This document shows, in pieces, positions 31,925 to 46,277 of a stretch of 64,000 nt of DNA. The position numbers and the translations under genes were made by a program. Below the pieces are notes generated by a model, which worked only from the letters and a program-made list of their open reading frames with translations, was not told where the DNA came from and searched no databases. The DNA is taken from NCBI GenBank assembly GCA_964016885.1, contig OZ024747.1, forward strand, positions 73,780,001-73,844,000, read 5' to 3'. Origin of the DNA: Eledone cirrhosa (lineage: Eukaryota). Position 1 is the first letter of the stretch. Each line of letters opens with the position of its first letter.

Positions 31925-32485
31925 TAGATAAATCTACCAAGAGCTTACGGTAGTGTCCAATCCGTATGAAGAACTCAATATAAGCCGGATATCATGGAAA
32001 GAAGAGATGCATTCAAAAATCACTTTCGGTGAAAGATAAACGGAATACAGAGTCAAGATAAAATATAAAAAAAAATAATGAATAAAACAATGAAACAGTT
32101 CCTTATATTAAACAAAAAAAGTTCATTATTTAACGATCGTTTTTAGGACATATATGTGTTAGAATTGGTATGCATATTCAACAGATCTATGTACAAAATT
32201 ATACAAAATTATACAAATTATCAAATATAATATACATACCAACACATACATATGCCGTCTTCAGAAATAATTTTTATTTCTGAAGACGGCATATGTATGT
32301 GTTGGTATGTATATTATATTTGATAATTTGTATAATTTTGTATAATTTTGTACATAGATCTGTTGAATATGCATACCAATTCTAACACATATATGTCCTA
32401 GAAACGATCGTTAAATAATGAACTTTTTTTGTTTAATATAAGGAACTGTTTCATTGTTTTATTCATTATTTTTTTAATATTTTAT
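31925..32485. mobile_element. PLE-type fold-back element: ~213-bp arms plus a ~130-bp one-sided tail, in (TA)n
   Basis: 32058-32270 is the reverse complement of 32274-32485 with a 3-nt spacer and a few mismatches. An HHR motif lies in each arm. Confidence 0.85.
32274..32418 (+). ncRNA. Type I hammerhead with long stem II
   Basis: TTATTT-CTGAAGA-~115-nt hairpin (GGCATATGTATGTGTT/AACACATATATGTC)-GAAA-CGATCG-TT-AAATAA. The copy in the opposite arm has GAAA changed to AAAA. Confidence 0.72.
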
Positions 32486-32517
32486 ATATACATATATATA
32501 CATATATATATATATAT

Positions 32518-32621
<104 letters not shown>

Positions 32622-32785
32622 TGTATGTATATGTGAATATATAGTGTAACAAAAATCTCTATTTAAACATTCCGGTTATGAGAAGTACTTTTTTATCTCG
32701 TCCGTAATCTACATATCATATATATATATGTGTGTGTGTGGTGTGTGTGTGCGTGTGTAGGTGTGTGTGTAGGTGTGTGTGTGTG

Positions 32786-32857
<72 letters not shown>

Positions 32858-33192
32858 TGTGTATAAACAAGGGGACAGGCTTTGTGATCAAGCGACAACA
32901 GTTTACGTCTTTTGGGGATGTACAACAGTAAGATATTCACATGACATTGAGTGATGACTGCACGTGAATATTCTTATCCAGCGAAAACTCTTACACTAGA
33001 ATAATCCCACTCACTGAGCAACAATAGCTATATTACGACAAGAAGAACAGATCTACATCTTCGGTTACTATTGAGTCATTTCCTAGAGAGATATCCTAAC
33101 GGGGATCAGGAATCTTTCACACACCCAGCGGGCTTACCGAATACTCAGACATTATCCTGAGTATTTCTATGACGTTCTGCATAATAAATGTG

Positions 33193-33247
<55 letters not shown>

Positions 33248-33400
33248 GGGGGGGGGGGTAGACAGAGAGAACAAGAGGTAAAATATACGGATACATTAAT
33301 AGAGTTATATTGACTCTTACAAGCTACAATTATTATGAAAGTAATATAGGTTGGTTTCTGGCAAATTCTTTCGGTATTGGTGTCTTCAGAGAGAGAGAGA

Positions 33401-33466
<66 letters not shown>

Positions 33467-34170
33467 TCTGTATTGACTAGTCAACAAGTTCAGCAGAATA
33501 TTGTGTCATATCACCTTGTTATGTTTCAGGGATTGTTCGTGGCTTTATAGATATTCCATTCACAACATTGTCAGTGACATACCTAGATGGAGATTAATGA
33601 AGCTCGTAATTCTTGCAATAATCTAATTATACAATACATTTCCTGCTTTAATTACCATTCTCTGCTGCATAAAGCCATATCGTCTACCACGCACCTGCAC
33701 AGACTCGCTTCTATGTCTTTTGCTATCTTTCTATCCTTTCTCTTTCCTTCTTAATTCTTTCTTTCTTTACTTGTTTCTTCGTTATTTCTTTATATTTCTT
33801 GTCACCATATATCTCTTTTATCATCAGTGTGCAGGCATACGTGCTTGTATAGACAAATGTAGGCTATCATGCACACACACACACACACACACGCACACAC
33901 ACTGAACACACACACACACGTGCACACACTCAAACACAGACAGACACACACACACGCAACACACACATGCACACAATCAAACATAGACATACACACACAC
34001 ACACACACATATACACACACCTATACATGCATGTATAGGTGTGTGTGTATATATATATATATTATGAAAATTATAAAAAAAAATTATAATTACATTGAGC
34101 TATATCTTATACTGTCATTTCTATAATATGAAGAGGGTGTTTAACTCCAACACACTCTAGTATTTTAATT

Positions 34171-34218
<48 letters not shown>

Positions 34219-34372
34219 CATTTCACCAACACTCTAGAATTCTTGTCAAAATCGAACATAAAATCACATACACACATACATACATATACAAATATATAAA
34301 AATATATACACGTATGTGTACACTTGTGTATATATATATATATATATATACACGTGTGTGTGTGTGTGGTTC

Positions 34373-34403
<31 letters not shown>

Positions 34404-35014
34404 TCATATATTCATATATACACTCAAAACTAGCTAAACCAATAGGAAATCGTAAACTCTTTAAATCTTCGCAGATATTAACTTCCACTTAAGATATTTT
34501 GCTAAATTCCAAATGGAAGGTAAAATATGCTGGACTACAGTTATACGGCATATTTACCAGGTATGTGTGGATTAAAAAGAGAGGAGAGTTAATCAGATGT
34601 AAGTCTTCAGGAAAATAGTATATCTGCTTTCTGGGAATTATATCTGATATTAAAAGATGAAAGATATCATAAGCAACGTGTGGCCTACTGTGAATTGTCA
34701 GAATAATATATCCTATCCAGAATTACAAAACAAGGAACCGAGCTTAGTAACAGGAGTGATTGTATGTCAAAAAGCAGATAATATGGCATTATACCCATTC
34801 CTGAAATCAAAGAGAACATTAGGCCTACTATATGGATACAGAACTATCTCTAACACAGTTCATGTCTTGACTGGTTTCATTGACAAATTGTCTATCGATA
34901 TTCCACATGATTAATATAAATAGAGATATGTTTGTAAGATGATTAGCATTCAGCCACCGCTGCAGCTATTACAACAACAGCAACAACACCTACTACTACT
35001 ATTATATAGAAAAT

Positions 35015-35182
35015 AATTGTTTCTACTTTTGGCACAAGGCCAGCAATTACCCAGTGTATTACTGGTACTTTATTTTATCGACCCCGTAAGGATGAAAGGC
35101 AAAGTTAACCTCGGCGGGATTTGAACTCAGATCGTAAAGGGACGTAACTACGCTGGAAAGCATGTCTGACCCTCTACCAATA
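35015..35182 (-). mobile_element. SINE copy
   Basis: Reverse complement of the consensus (gtttctacttttggcacaaggcc...ggcgggatttgaactc). Confidence 0.88.
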
Positions 35183-35191
35183 TTAATGATA

Positions 35192-35228
<37 letters not shown>

Positions 35229-35233
35229 GGATG

Positions 35234-35264
<31 letters not shown>

Positions 35265-35273
35265 CGACGATGG

Positions 35274-35330
<57 letters not shown>

Positions 35331-35807
35331 CGATGATCCAATACAGCCTTTAGATGATTAACTACGTAGCTGAAAACCGAGTTTATGATGGGGCGGAGTC
35401 TGAACTTTGGGGGTTTTTCCTCTCTCCAACGCTGTGATACATTTCCTTCTTGACAACAGTGCGGAACTGAACGCATTAACAATCAACCATTCTTGGAAGT
35501 TTTTCATACGATTTTATTTACATTTCTCCTACAAAATAGAAGAAAAAAAACATGTACAAACGAATCACAGTAAATAACCTCGATTGACCTTTTTGTGTGC
35601 TTTAGAAATATTATATTGGAAAGTCGGTGACGTCGTTTAGTGTTTCACCGCCTATTTCACAGTCGTTTCTCATTATCATAATTAATTCTTTCACAGGTCC
35701 TTGATATTTAGAGATATTTATAGGACAGATATTTAGAGGACAGAAACATCATTTCAAGCATCAACATTAGATTGTTATTAGCCCCCGGCCTCAAATAGTG
35801 GTATTAA

Positions 35808-35892
35808 ATTTCATCCTTACGGGGTCGATAAAATAAAGTGCCAGTAATACACTGGTTAATTGCTGGCCTTGTGCCTAACGTAGAAACAATTA
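35808..35892 (+). mobile_element. 5'-truncated SINE copy
   Basis: tttcatccttacggggtcgataaaataaag...ggccttgtgcctaacgtagaaac. Confidence 0.8.
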
Positions 35893-37194
35893 AATTTATA
35901 CACAAGGCCAGCACATTTGCGGAAGACCAAAATTCTTTAAAAATAAAAAAAAACTGTTAATTTATGTTATCAATCTCGGAAAGGAGAAATGCAAAGTTGA
36001 CATCGATACGATTTGAATACAGAATGTAAATAATCAGAACAAATAGTACAATGGAATGTCATCTAAAGGTTTACAAATACTGCCAATCCATCACCATTTT
36101 TCATGCATCAAATAATATGGTATGAGTTTATATTTGATAAAACATATCGGTATAATTATTTAGGGTTAATTTAACTGAATCTGTCTTTTATTCTAATCGT
36201 AATTATTATTGAATGTTAGGTTTATTAAAGTCACAAAGATTACATATGACCAATGTCATGTACTAGAGTAATACCCAATATAAATTTTAGATTGTACAAA
36301 TTCTTAGATCAAGTATGCATGACTGATGGAAAGAGAAAACGTTTCAATGTGGCGGTAATGGAATTATAATTATGTGTTTTATTAACTGCAGTGTTTGTAG
36401 AAGTGAAGCTGATATTATTATACTAAAAGATTTGTTTTTCTTTTTTTTTAGTTTTGTTGATGTTTTGTGTTGAAATATTTAATGATATTTCTTAGAACGG
36501 AGAGAAATGCGCAGGGTTAGCGAGTGTGAAATATTTTGTTAGGGAAGATAATATATAATTACTGCATGAAAAGGTACTTCATTCTGAGTACGGGGGTTAT
36601 TAGGTTTAATCAGAAACATGTGATATTTGTTTATACCTAAAATAATAGTTCGATACAAGCAAATATTATAATATAGTTAATATCGTCTTAACATGGATTA
36701 GTCAGACAGATTTTATTATGAATAATAACTGTTAAGATTACGTGTTAATATTGGCATCAATTGAAATTTTAGTTCTTCTTCTTCTTCTTCTTCTTCTTCT
36801 TCTTCTTCTTCTTCTTCTTCTTCTTCTTCTTCTTCTTCTTTGAGGTTTATCATGAAAACAATGTAAGCGCCTGTTTAAATGTTCCCTTAAAGTTAATATC
36901 TAAATTGTGCCGTTTTTAACCATATCAATACTTGGTTCAGTGGTTGGATTCCATGTTTTTTTATGCAATTCCTTCTTTGTTACTCATATATTCAGCTTTC
37001 AATTCTTGTCTATAATCAAATGTCTATATCATATTAATTCATTTCTTCCATCAAATATATTTTGTGTTTTTATTTTACGTGTTATATGAGTTTTTTTTTT
37101 TATATTCGATGATTCAAATATTGTAGGTAAATATTGTAGCTAAAGAATATAGAAAGACTTACTTTAGAAGAAAGCAGAAGAGTATATGCTAAAT

Positions 37195-38960
37195 AGACAT
37201 AAGGTTTAAGAATTGCAATCTTTGTAATGTATTCTGTTAAGCATGAAATATGCATAAACTTTGGTGCATAATCTACTTTGTGTATCCATATGTGTATATT
37301 ACATGAATGATATAGGTATATGGCATATGATATGGTGTTACGATGATTTACATATATGTAGGTAATATTTTATGATGGAAGATGTATGATATACTATATA
37401 ATATAATACGTAATATATATATGATATAGTGTATAGGTGACATATATATTGCATCGTATAAGATTCATGATATAGTTTACCCTGTATCACGTATCGTGAG
37501 ATATACGATGTATTATGCCGTATAAGATGTATAGCGATATAGATAAGGAATAATACGTTGATGTATAACACACTAGGAATGAAACATAATATATTTTTCC
37601 AGGAAAAGTAATACTGCCAGCTCGATCGTGTGCTTGTAAAGCTAGTACACAATTCTGTGAATTGGTTTCTAGTTTATGAGTGAATAAAGTCTTCGATTAG
37701 AGCTAATAAATGTCGGGCTAAAGAACACCGCAAATCTATTGTTATAAACTTTTATTAGAGTAACAAAAAGGAATGAGAAAGAAAAGGAATAGAAGCTAGA
37801 AGTATGGAGAAAAATAAAACAAAAATAAGAATGGAAACGTGATTAAAGATGGTAGCATTATCATAGTAGTAGTGTGTCTAGAACGAGAGAATTACATATA
37901 GGTTAATACATACACAGATATATTGCAATATAGATAGACAAAGAGAGGAACAATTGCATACACACACACGCACACATAAACACACACACATGCATATATA
38001 TATATATATATATACATATACGCAAAAGTTAACAGGAATAATAAGGCAAACGACACAGTACAATAAAGAAATGTATTAGTTTAACGGTTGATATATATAT
38101 ATAAGGAAAAGACGTTTCGGATACTAGTATTTCATCAGTAGAAAAAGGAGAAATATATTAAATATAAAGCTAGAAAGAGAGAAGACGAAGGAAGGGGATA
38201 CAATTATTTTGAGAGAACACGTGTGTAATAAGTCAGCCATTTTCGAGAATATATTTATTTATACTTCGGAGATGGCCTGTCCCAAAAGTAACACCGATAT
38301 CACAGGCCATCTCAGAATCAAATCTTTTTTCTATTCTCTGTTTGTGTTTGCTGTAATTCCTGTTATTGATTAACTAATTATGTAATCTGAAACTGATGAT
38401 GTCAGCAGGGTCTTACGTATCACGGCCCTTGAAATATATACTGTATAGTATATTTTTGTAACAATAACACTTTAAAGGTATATATATATATATCACCAGT
38501 TTGGCCTCATATTGTATTAATCAAATTAATATTTAACTCCGTTCTTGCATCAGCCAGGGGATACAAGTCCATCGATGGATTAGTTTCATAACGTTGTCAA
38601 CTTCCCTAATATTACATCATGGTCAAATAAAATGTTATATGAGAAATGTTTTATTCAATGATTCAAAAGTTTGGAAAAATCATTCTGTTTATAATCAGGA
38701 CTATGAATGTAGACTATAGATAAACATGCATAAAGTTTAAAAATTTGAGTCTGTATAATGTAGTCTGTTAACCATGAAATATGCATAAATTTTATAATCT
38801 AATTGATGTATCCACATGTTTATATTTCTCGAATGATATACGATATATGTCATATATGATGTATATGAAAGCGATAGTTTATGATGGAAGATATATGATG
38901 GCCTATATAATACGCATGATAAATGATAAAGTGTATAGATGATATATATATTGCATTATA
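37195..38960. repeat. Two diverged ~260-bp direct repeats (37195-37455 and 38730-38960)
   Basis: Shared blocks taatgta.tctgttaa.catgaaatatgcataaa, tatcca.atgt.tatatt, tttatgatggaagat.tatgat, agtgtatag.tga.atatatattgcat. Confidence 0.7.
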
Positions 38961-39129
38961 TATATATATATATATTCATTTAAGTTTGGTGGTTCACCAC
39001 AGGATAGAACAGATCACTCAGTATAGTGAACTGTGGTGTAATAGTATGAAAAGCACTGGACTCCTGTCATTTTACTCAAATATACATATATATATTATGG
39101 GAATAGCTATGAAAAATAACTCTCTCACT

Positions 39130-40125
39130 TCATATATATATAAAACTGAGGATGTCTGTCTGTGTGTTTCTGAGTTTGAATCCCTAAAACTCGAGAACCA
39201 CCCAACCGACTGTTTTCAAACTTTACACATGTAATACTTATGTTTCAGGGACTGTTCTGAGTACAAAGAATTTCAAATTTTCTATGCCATAGTGACCGCA
39301 TTAGGCGATTTAGCGATCTCTCTCTATAATTCTTAGTCTTTCTCTTTTTAGATAGATACATACATATAACGTCGCGCCCTTATAATATCTATCTGTATGT
39401 CTGGCTGTCTGTATTTCGTCACTTCCCACAATTCTCTCTGCGTCCAGAACGCGCCCTTGTAATATCTCTCTGTATGTCTGATGTCTGCATTACGTCACTT
39501 CCCTGAGGATGTCTGTCTGTATGTGCGTGTGTGTGTCTGTAAGTTTGAATCACTAAAGCTCGAGAAGTTCCCAACCGATTTTTTCATACTTTACATGTGT
39601 ATTACTTATATTTCGGGGAGTGTTATGCATATAAAATTCAACTTTTTGATCCCCTAGAGCCCGAATTCGGTGAAAAACTGCGTTTTTTAAAGGTTTTTAG
39701 GGATTTTTTGAGGCCTTATGTCAGACGGATTTCCTTGGAATTGTAACTATGTATTAGTCAGTCTCTTCTTCATACCGTCAGCATGAAGCATGGCCTAGAA
39801 CCCGCATTAGGTCAAAAACTTCATTTTTTCCGGTTTTTAGGGCTTTTTTTGAGGGGTTATGACTAGCCGATTTTCCCGAAATTTCAAGGCATATTATGCA
39901 CATTAAAAAAAATTCATTTTCTTGATTCCCTAGGGCTCGCATTAGGTGAAAACCTGCATTTTTCCTGCTTCATCGAGGAAAATCTTAAAGATTATCCAGC
40001 CATCAGAGTATTCGGTTTATTTTCTTTACATATTGTCCAGGCAGGCCGTTTTCCCACAATTAGGTCTGTTGGCGGCCCGCGGCCCAAAATACCTTATCCC
40101 GTGCAACGCCGGGTACCACTGCTAG
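39130..40125 (+). mobile_element. Non-autonomous Helitron
   Basis: 5' TC-atatatatataaaactgaggatgtctgtctgt. 3' hairpin CCCGTGCAACGCCGGG (40098-40113) then CTAG|T. Internal repeat of the 5' segment at 39503-39640 and ~120-bp tandem units. Confidence 0.82.
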
Positions 40126-40227
40126 TATTTTTATAAAAGCCATTATCAAATGAATAAGCCAAACCCAAGTATACTTTGCATGTTGTTACTAGCCAACCTC
40201 CTCACACATATTCATCCATCTGTCTAC

Positions 40228-40264
<37 letters not shown>

Positions 40265-40608
40265 AAAGAGAGAGAGAGGGGGAAAGAAGGACTGTTTGTA
40301 TGCTTGTGTGTGTGAGCATATATGTGTGTCCTGTGAATTTGTATAGATAAATGCACGTATATATATATATATATATATATGTATTGAACACACACATATA
40401 CACACGCAGAGAAACGTATATATAATTGAGATGCTATTTATTTTTAGTTTTATTTATTCATTTAATATTTTTTATTTGGGTAACAAAGCATTCTCTGGAG
40501 ACCTTCGTCGGCAAAACCATAACAGATTCCAGACAGATACCAAGTAGCTGAGGCTGTAGAAATGTAAAGATAAAAATACTAATAATATCTAAAAAAGAAC
40601 TTGGCACC

Positions 40609-40639
<31 letters not shown>

Positions 40640-40829
40640 GCATCATCATCGACAATAACAATAAAAACCACACTCAGAAACATATATATTATAATATGTA
40701 TATAGAATGATAAGGATGTAGTTTGAAAGCATGCAATGATATGATGTCTAGTGCTAAGGTAGATAATTATAGACGACACTGGACATATTGCGTTTTAGAA
40801 CTATGTAGATATGGAATGGTGTTTGTGTT

Positions 40830-41670
40830 GTAGTTGCTGTAGTTGTTGGTAGTGGTGATAGTGGTAGTGATATGATGGTGGTGGTGGTGGTGGTGGTGAT
40901 GGTGGTGATGGTGGTGGTGATGATAGTGAGGGTGGTGGTGGCGGTGGTGTTGGTGGTGGTGGTGAAGGTGTGGTGATGGTGGTGGTGATATGATGGTGGT
41001 GGTGATGGTGGTGGTGTTGGCGATGGTGATGGTGGTGGTGATGATAGTAATGGTGATGGTGGTGGTGATGATAGTAATGGTGATGGTGGTGGTGATGATA
41101 GTGATGGTGATGGTGGTGGTGGTGATGATGATGGTGGTGGTGATGCTGTTGGTGGTGGTGGCGGTGATGGTGATGGTGGTGGTGATGGTGATGGTGGTGG
41201 TGATGCTGTTGGTGGTGGTGGTGGTGATGGTGATGGTGGTGGTGATGGTGATGGTGGTGGTGATGCTGTTGGTGGTGGTGGTGGTGATGGTGATGGTGGT
41301 GATGATGGTGGTGGTGTGTATGGTAATATTAATGATTGACAATAAAGATGACGGTAGTTAAGATAGTGATAATGATGGTTGTGGCAGTGATGATGACGAT
41401 GATGATGATAATGGTGATGGTGTAGACGGTATAGATGGTACAGTAGGATAATGTTGTAGACAAGGAGGAGGTGGGGGGGGGGGAGACCGACCATGATATT
41501 GTTGATGGTAAATAATTGTGGTGTGATATTTCTTACGAGGACGATGACAATATTGGTGAAAACAATGATGATGGTGATGATGGTGATGATGATGAGGGTG
41601 ATGATGGTGATGATTGTGATGATGATGATGATGATGATGATAATAAGGTGGCTGACGATGATGATGATGT
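40830..41670. repeat. Compound (GGT/GAT)n repeat with 27-bp and 60-bp higher-order units
   Basis: Near-identical 60-mers at 41161, 41221 and 41281. A similar (CAT/CAC)n array with a 39-bp period lies at 61260-61700. Confidence 0.92.
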
Positions 41671-42036
41671 TTTAGGTGGTGGGTATAGGACATATAGAAT
41701 AACAATACGGTTGCTTTTAGCGATGAAACCTATACTTTAAAGATGATTCGCATCCGCAGACATCTAAGAGTTGCTATCGAGACAGTAATCTAAGCGTTGA
41801 TATCATTCAGTTTTTCCTTACCAAATAGGTTATGAATGAGTAAGTAAGTAAATAAATGAACTCTCTTGAAATACAAAACCTTTTCAAATACTCTTAATTG
41901 ACTGGAAAGTATAAGTTAAAACCGCTTTTTATTGAATCAATCAAAGAAGTAATACACTGCATCTTGTCTTCAAACCATTTGTCTGCATATTAATATTAGG
42001 AATATATATACACACATACACAACCACACATATATA

Positions 42037-42073
<37 letters not shown>

Positions 42074-43000
42074 ATAATATACTCACATTCCCACAAAATC
42101 TATATTTGTTTAGAATTCTTTCTTTTTTTCTCATATTATCTCTCTATCTATGTCGCTTTATCTGTCTATCTATCTGTATCGCTTTATTTCTCTCGTCGAC
42201 TTTCTCTCTTTGTTTCTCTTCCACACTCTATTATTGTCATTATCTTTAATAGTTTATAAGTTAGTCAGCAGAGGAAAAGCAACAAACATGACAACATTTC
42301 AAGGTCCCCGAGAAAGTTTGAAAAGAGAGAACTTCTACTCATATATGACATTTTTTATTCGAATATTTGCAATTGGGCAGACTCCAGTGAAGGCACGCAA
42401 GGACTATATGCTGGAAAGATGCCGAGTAACAGTTTATATCCCACCATACAAATAAAGTAATTATTCCTCTGACAGTATTTCTCAGTTTCCATCTACACTG
42501 GCTGAACAGTTTGGAGGTTCGTTAGCAATAATTAGGTCTCGATTTCAAGTCTACTGCGAGGCATTTTGGACGAAATGTCATTTACAGTAGTCTCAGGCCT
42601 GCCCATGTATTATGAGTGAAATTGGGTTGATGGGAATTGTTTGGCTGCCCATCTAATGACTGTATCTCTTATGCAAAGAGTCAGAACCTTCTTCTGCTGT
42701 GCCACACTGCATCTCCCCGAGAATTTCCTTAAGGATACATGTGTCTGTGGAATGCTCATCTATTTCTACGTGAATTTAAGGAGCAGACAATTCATTCAGT
42801 TGATAGAACTGCTGGAACACTGATTGTCGAAGGAGATGGAGGTTATACACACAGGTTTCTTGTCAACACGTCACTATTGAAGATAATATTTGCCCATTCT
42901 TCTACTCAATGAGAAAACATTCAAACCTTTGTAGCTATGAACAGCTCTTATTGACTACATATATTCACACAAGAACCTGTCTATTTGTGCATATATAATG

Positions 43001-43219
43001 GTTTCTTATATATTGGCACAAGGCCAGTAATTTGGGGGGAGGGGAAAGTCGATTAAATCGACCCAGTGCGTGACTGGTACTTTATTTTATCGACCCCATA
43101 AGGATGAAAGGCAAAGTTAACCTCGGCGGGATTTGAACTCAGACCATAAAGAGCCGAAACTCTATGCTGCAAAGCTTGGCGTCCGACCCTCCACCGATAC
43201 TGCCAACCCACCGCGCTCC
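43001..43219 (-). mobile_element. SINE copy, longer-tail subfamily
   Basis: Reverse complement of the consensus with an extra gggtcgatttaatcgactttcccctcccc segment, as in the 11525 copy. Confidence 0.88.
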
Positions 43220-43304
43220 ATGTGTGCATATATAATAAGTTTCATAGCATAAGTTACAAAAACAGAAACATCTATATGAACATTAAACTCAATATAGGTA
43301 TGTA

Positions 43305-43360
<56 letters not shown>

Positions 43361-43361
43361 C

Positions 43362-43536
43362 GATATTAACAAATGGAAACTATATTTATAAAACCATATT
43401 TATTTTATTATACATATTTCAAGGACACCAAGTTAAATTATGGTGTACTTTCATCAGATAAAATATAATATAGAGCAGTTTTATAAATAAATATTGACAT
43501 ACCCTAAAAGAATGCAACCATTACTGTTGGAAGCTC

Positions 43537-43541
<5 letters not shown>
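43362..43541 (-). mobile_element. PLE family B terminal fragment between (TA)n tracts
   Basis: Collinear with 54354-54540. Confidence 0.75.
43401..43465 (-). ncRNA. Minimal type I hammerhead ribozyme (family B)
   Basis: TATTTTAT-CTGATGA-AAGTACACCA..TGGTGTCCTT-GAAA-TATGTA-TA-ATAAAATA, with an 8-bp Watson-Crick stem I. Confidence 0.85.
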
Positions 43542-43582
<41 letters not shown>

Positions 43583-43587
43583 ATGTG

Positions 43588-43645
<58 letters not shown>

Positions 43646-43698
43646 TGTGTGTGTGTGTGTCTGTGTGTGTGTGTGTATTTATATATATATATATATAT

Positions 43699-43739
43699 AA
43701 GAAAAGAGTCAGGACCCCAACGGCTGTGCTCCAGTCGTT

Positions 43740-43816
<77 letters not shown>

Positions 43817-44081
43817 ATATATGTATATTTATATATATATATATATATATAACCTACAATCTCACTTGGAGCTTACTGTCCAGAGCCAAGTCTTATACGG
43901 GAGGACGCCGTCCGTGTAACTTATGCTCGGAGGAAACATTACAAATGCATTTTTCGACGGACCAACTCCTAAACAAGATAGACGAACTGGTAACTGCATG
44001 CAAACACAGATTGCGTAGGACTTACCTCGTCCTCAAACCCCATAATGACCCGGGGGGTATGTATATGTATATATATGTATG

Positions 44082-44148
<67 letters not shown>

Positions 44149-45758
44149 CCTACAATCTCACTTGGAGCTTACTGTCCAGAGCCAAGTCTTATATGGGAAG
44201 ACGCCGTCCGTGTAACTTATGCTCGGAAGAAACATTACAAAGGCATTTTTCGACGGACCAACTCCTAAACAAGATAGACGAACTGGTAACTGCATGCAAA
44301 CACAGATTGCGTAGGACTTACCTCGCCCTCAAATCCCATAATGACCCGGGGGAGGGGAGACAAGGGCTGAAAACACCACACTTGCCGACTTTGAAAGGAG
44401 TAACCACCGCTTACAAAGGTAGACGTACCTTTTTTATATATTTTTTATCGTTTCCTCTATATTTCTTTTTTTCCCCCATCCCTTCCTAGTCCTTCCACCC
44501 TAGATCTTCTTCGTCGTCGTTCTTTTCACCTTCTCGCCCACTCCGATGTAGCCCTTCGGTTCTCTGTAGCATCAGTACCCTCGCCCTTATTTTATGATAG
44601 AATTGGCCGATTCCGCTTTTTATAGCAGATGTGCTAGACTCCACATACTTGCTTTCTCCTCTGGTTGCTGCCCCATTTCCGTGATTTCTAGATTTCTTAG
44701 TGGCATGTCTGCTTTAGTTTCTTGTTTATTAGTATTTATTTTTTGGGGATTCTGAATTAATATTTCGTATTAGTTTTTCATATATATTGTATGAGTATTT
44801 ATGTAGATTGTATTAGTATTTATGTATTGTAGCAGTACTTTTTTATATATATTGTATTAGTTTTTTTTATATATATTGTACGAGTATTTATGTAGATCGT
44901 ATTAGAATGTATGTATTGTAGCAGTACTTTTATATATATTGTATTAGTATTCATGTTTCGGGATCTGAATTAATATTTCGTATTAGTTTCGGGATTCTGA
45001 ATTAATATTTCGTATTAGTTTTTTTAGTATGTTGGTCCTCAACTTATTAACCTGTCATTGTAAGATAGCATTGGCTGATTACTACTAACTATCGTATATG
45101 GTGGTCGACCCCCTGTAATGATGGCCTCATAAAATTCGCTCATTACAATCTCGTATTTAGTATTCCTTCCCACCTATTAAACTTTTCTATAGCTTAGCAG
45201 TACCAGTGAGAGATTTGATGATTGTGGAAGGGGAGTAGTAACCAGAAATTGTTTTTTATATTTTTTTATATATTTTTTATATATTTCCTCATTTTTATAA
45301 TGGCTTTTTTGTTTACTCCCTTTAGATTAACTTATTGTTTCACACACCCCTCCCCTTCTCTAGTATACTTTTTTGGACCATCTATACACTATCCTTAGAA
45401 TCTGCTGTATTTTTCACTTTCAACGCTTGACTGGGTTTCCTCCCTCTCTCTCTTTCTTCTACTGGCAAGTTCAGCTACCCTACCTTCCACAAAATGCCAT
45501 GATAGAATCATATGTGTTAACAACAAACTTTTGACCAATCCTTGTGACAATCACTTTTACCATATATGGAATTACCCCCTGAGAAGTTCGGCTATTCATT
45601 TACCAGGCTAAATTTTTATCTAGTCCAGAATTAGCCGTCGAAACGGCTTGAGCTCAGCCGTCGGGGTCCTACTTGTTCCTATTACCCACTCTACTACCCT
45701 AAGTATTGAGTACTTTGGTGCTTTATAGTCCATCTGGTTCCTTACCACATTTCCTTCG

Positions 45759-45760
<2 letters not shown>
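43699..45760 (+). mobile_element. PLE family A 3' end: duplicated GIY-YIG C-terminus, 1.4-kb 3'UTR with HHR, inverted upstream fragment
   Basis: [42 protein letters not shown] at 43851-44057 and 44146-44352. Tail ends ccttcgtt(TA)n. 43699-43743 is an inverted piece of HHR stem III. Confidence 0.85.
45574..45667 (+). ncRNA. Type I hammerhead, variant core (family A)
   Basis: ACCCC-CTGAGAA-GTTCGGCTA..TAGCCGTC-GAAA-CGGCT..AGCCG-TC-GGGGT. Confidence 0.65.
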
Positions 45761-45793
<33 letters not shown>

Positions 45794-46235
45794 ATGTTTA
45801 ACGTTGATATTATATGTGTGAAAATTATGTATATTTAATTAAGACATTCCCTAATCATACTTACACGATGAGAGTCCCTGTATTGTCAACAATCATAAAC
45901 ATGTCCCGGGTAGGCTTGAACATGTCTTGGGACCACACATATATGATATCTGAAAATATCTGCGGGGAATCGTTATGAAGTAGTATAACAATTTATGTGT
46001 TATTTTGTTTTCTTTACACAACAAATGTATTTCGATCTATACAACATTCTTAGAGGAAACTCCTTCAGATTCAATGTGGTTAACTTTCTGTTTCTTTTAT
46101 ATGTCAATCAGTGAACAATACCGTGTTGTGTATGGCTTTCCTAAACCTAATCACTGGCGTTATCTATATTTTTTGTTAACATAGACGGACAAAAATATAT
46201 ACCAGTACGCATTTACATATGCCCAATCCCCCCCA

Positions 46236-46275
<40 letters not shown>

Positions 46276-46277
<2 letters not shown>

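Noticed and set aside
33360-33390. CTGAAGA..GAAA motif (-), and weaker ones at 6030-6135 (-) and 38393-38460 (+)
   Set aside because: Stem I and/or stem II do not pair convincingly.
34475-34560. Possible 86-nt exon (cgcag|...cag|gtatgt)
   Set aside because: Only one short open frame, no recognisable protein and no partner exons; such sites occur by chance.
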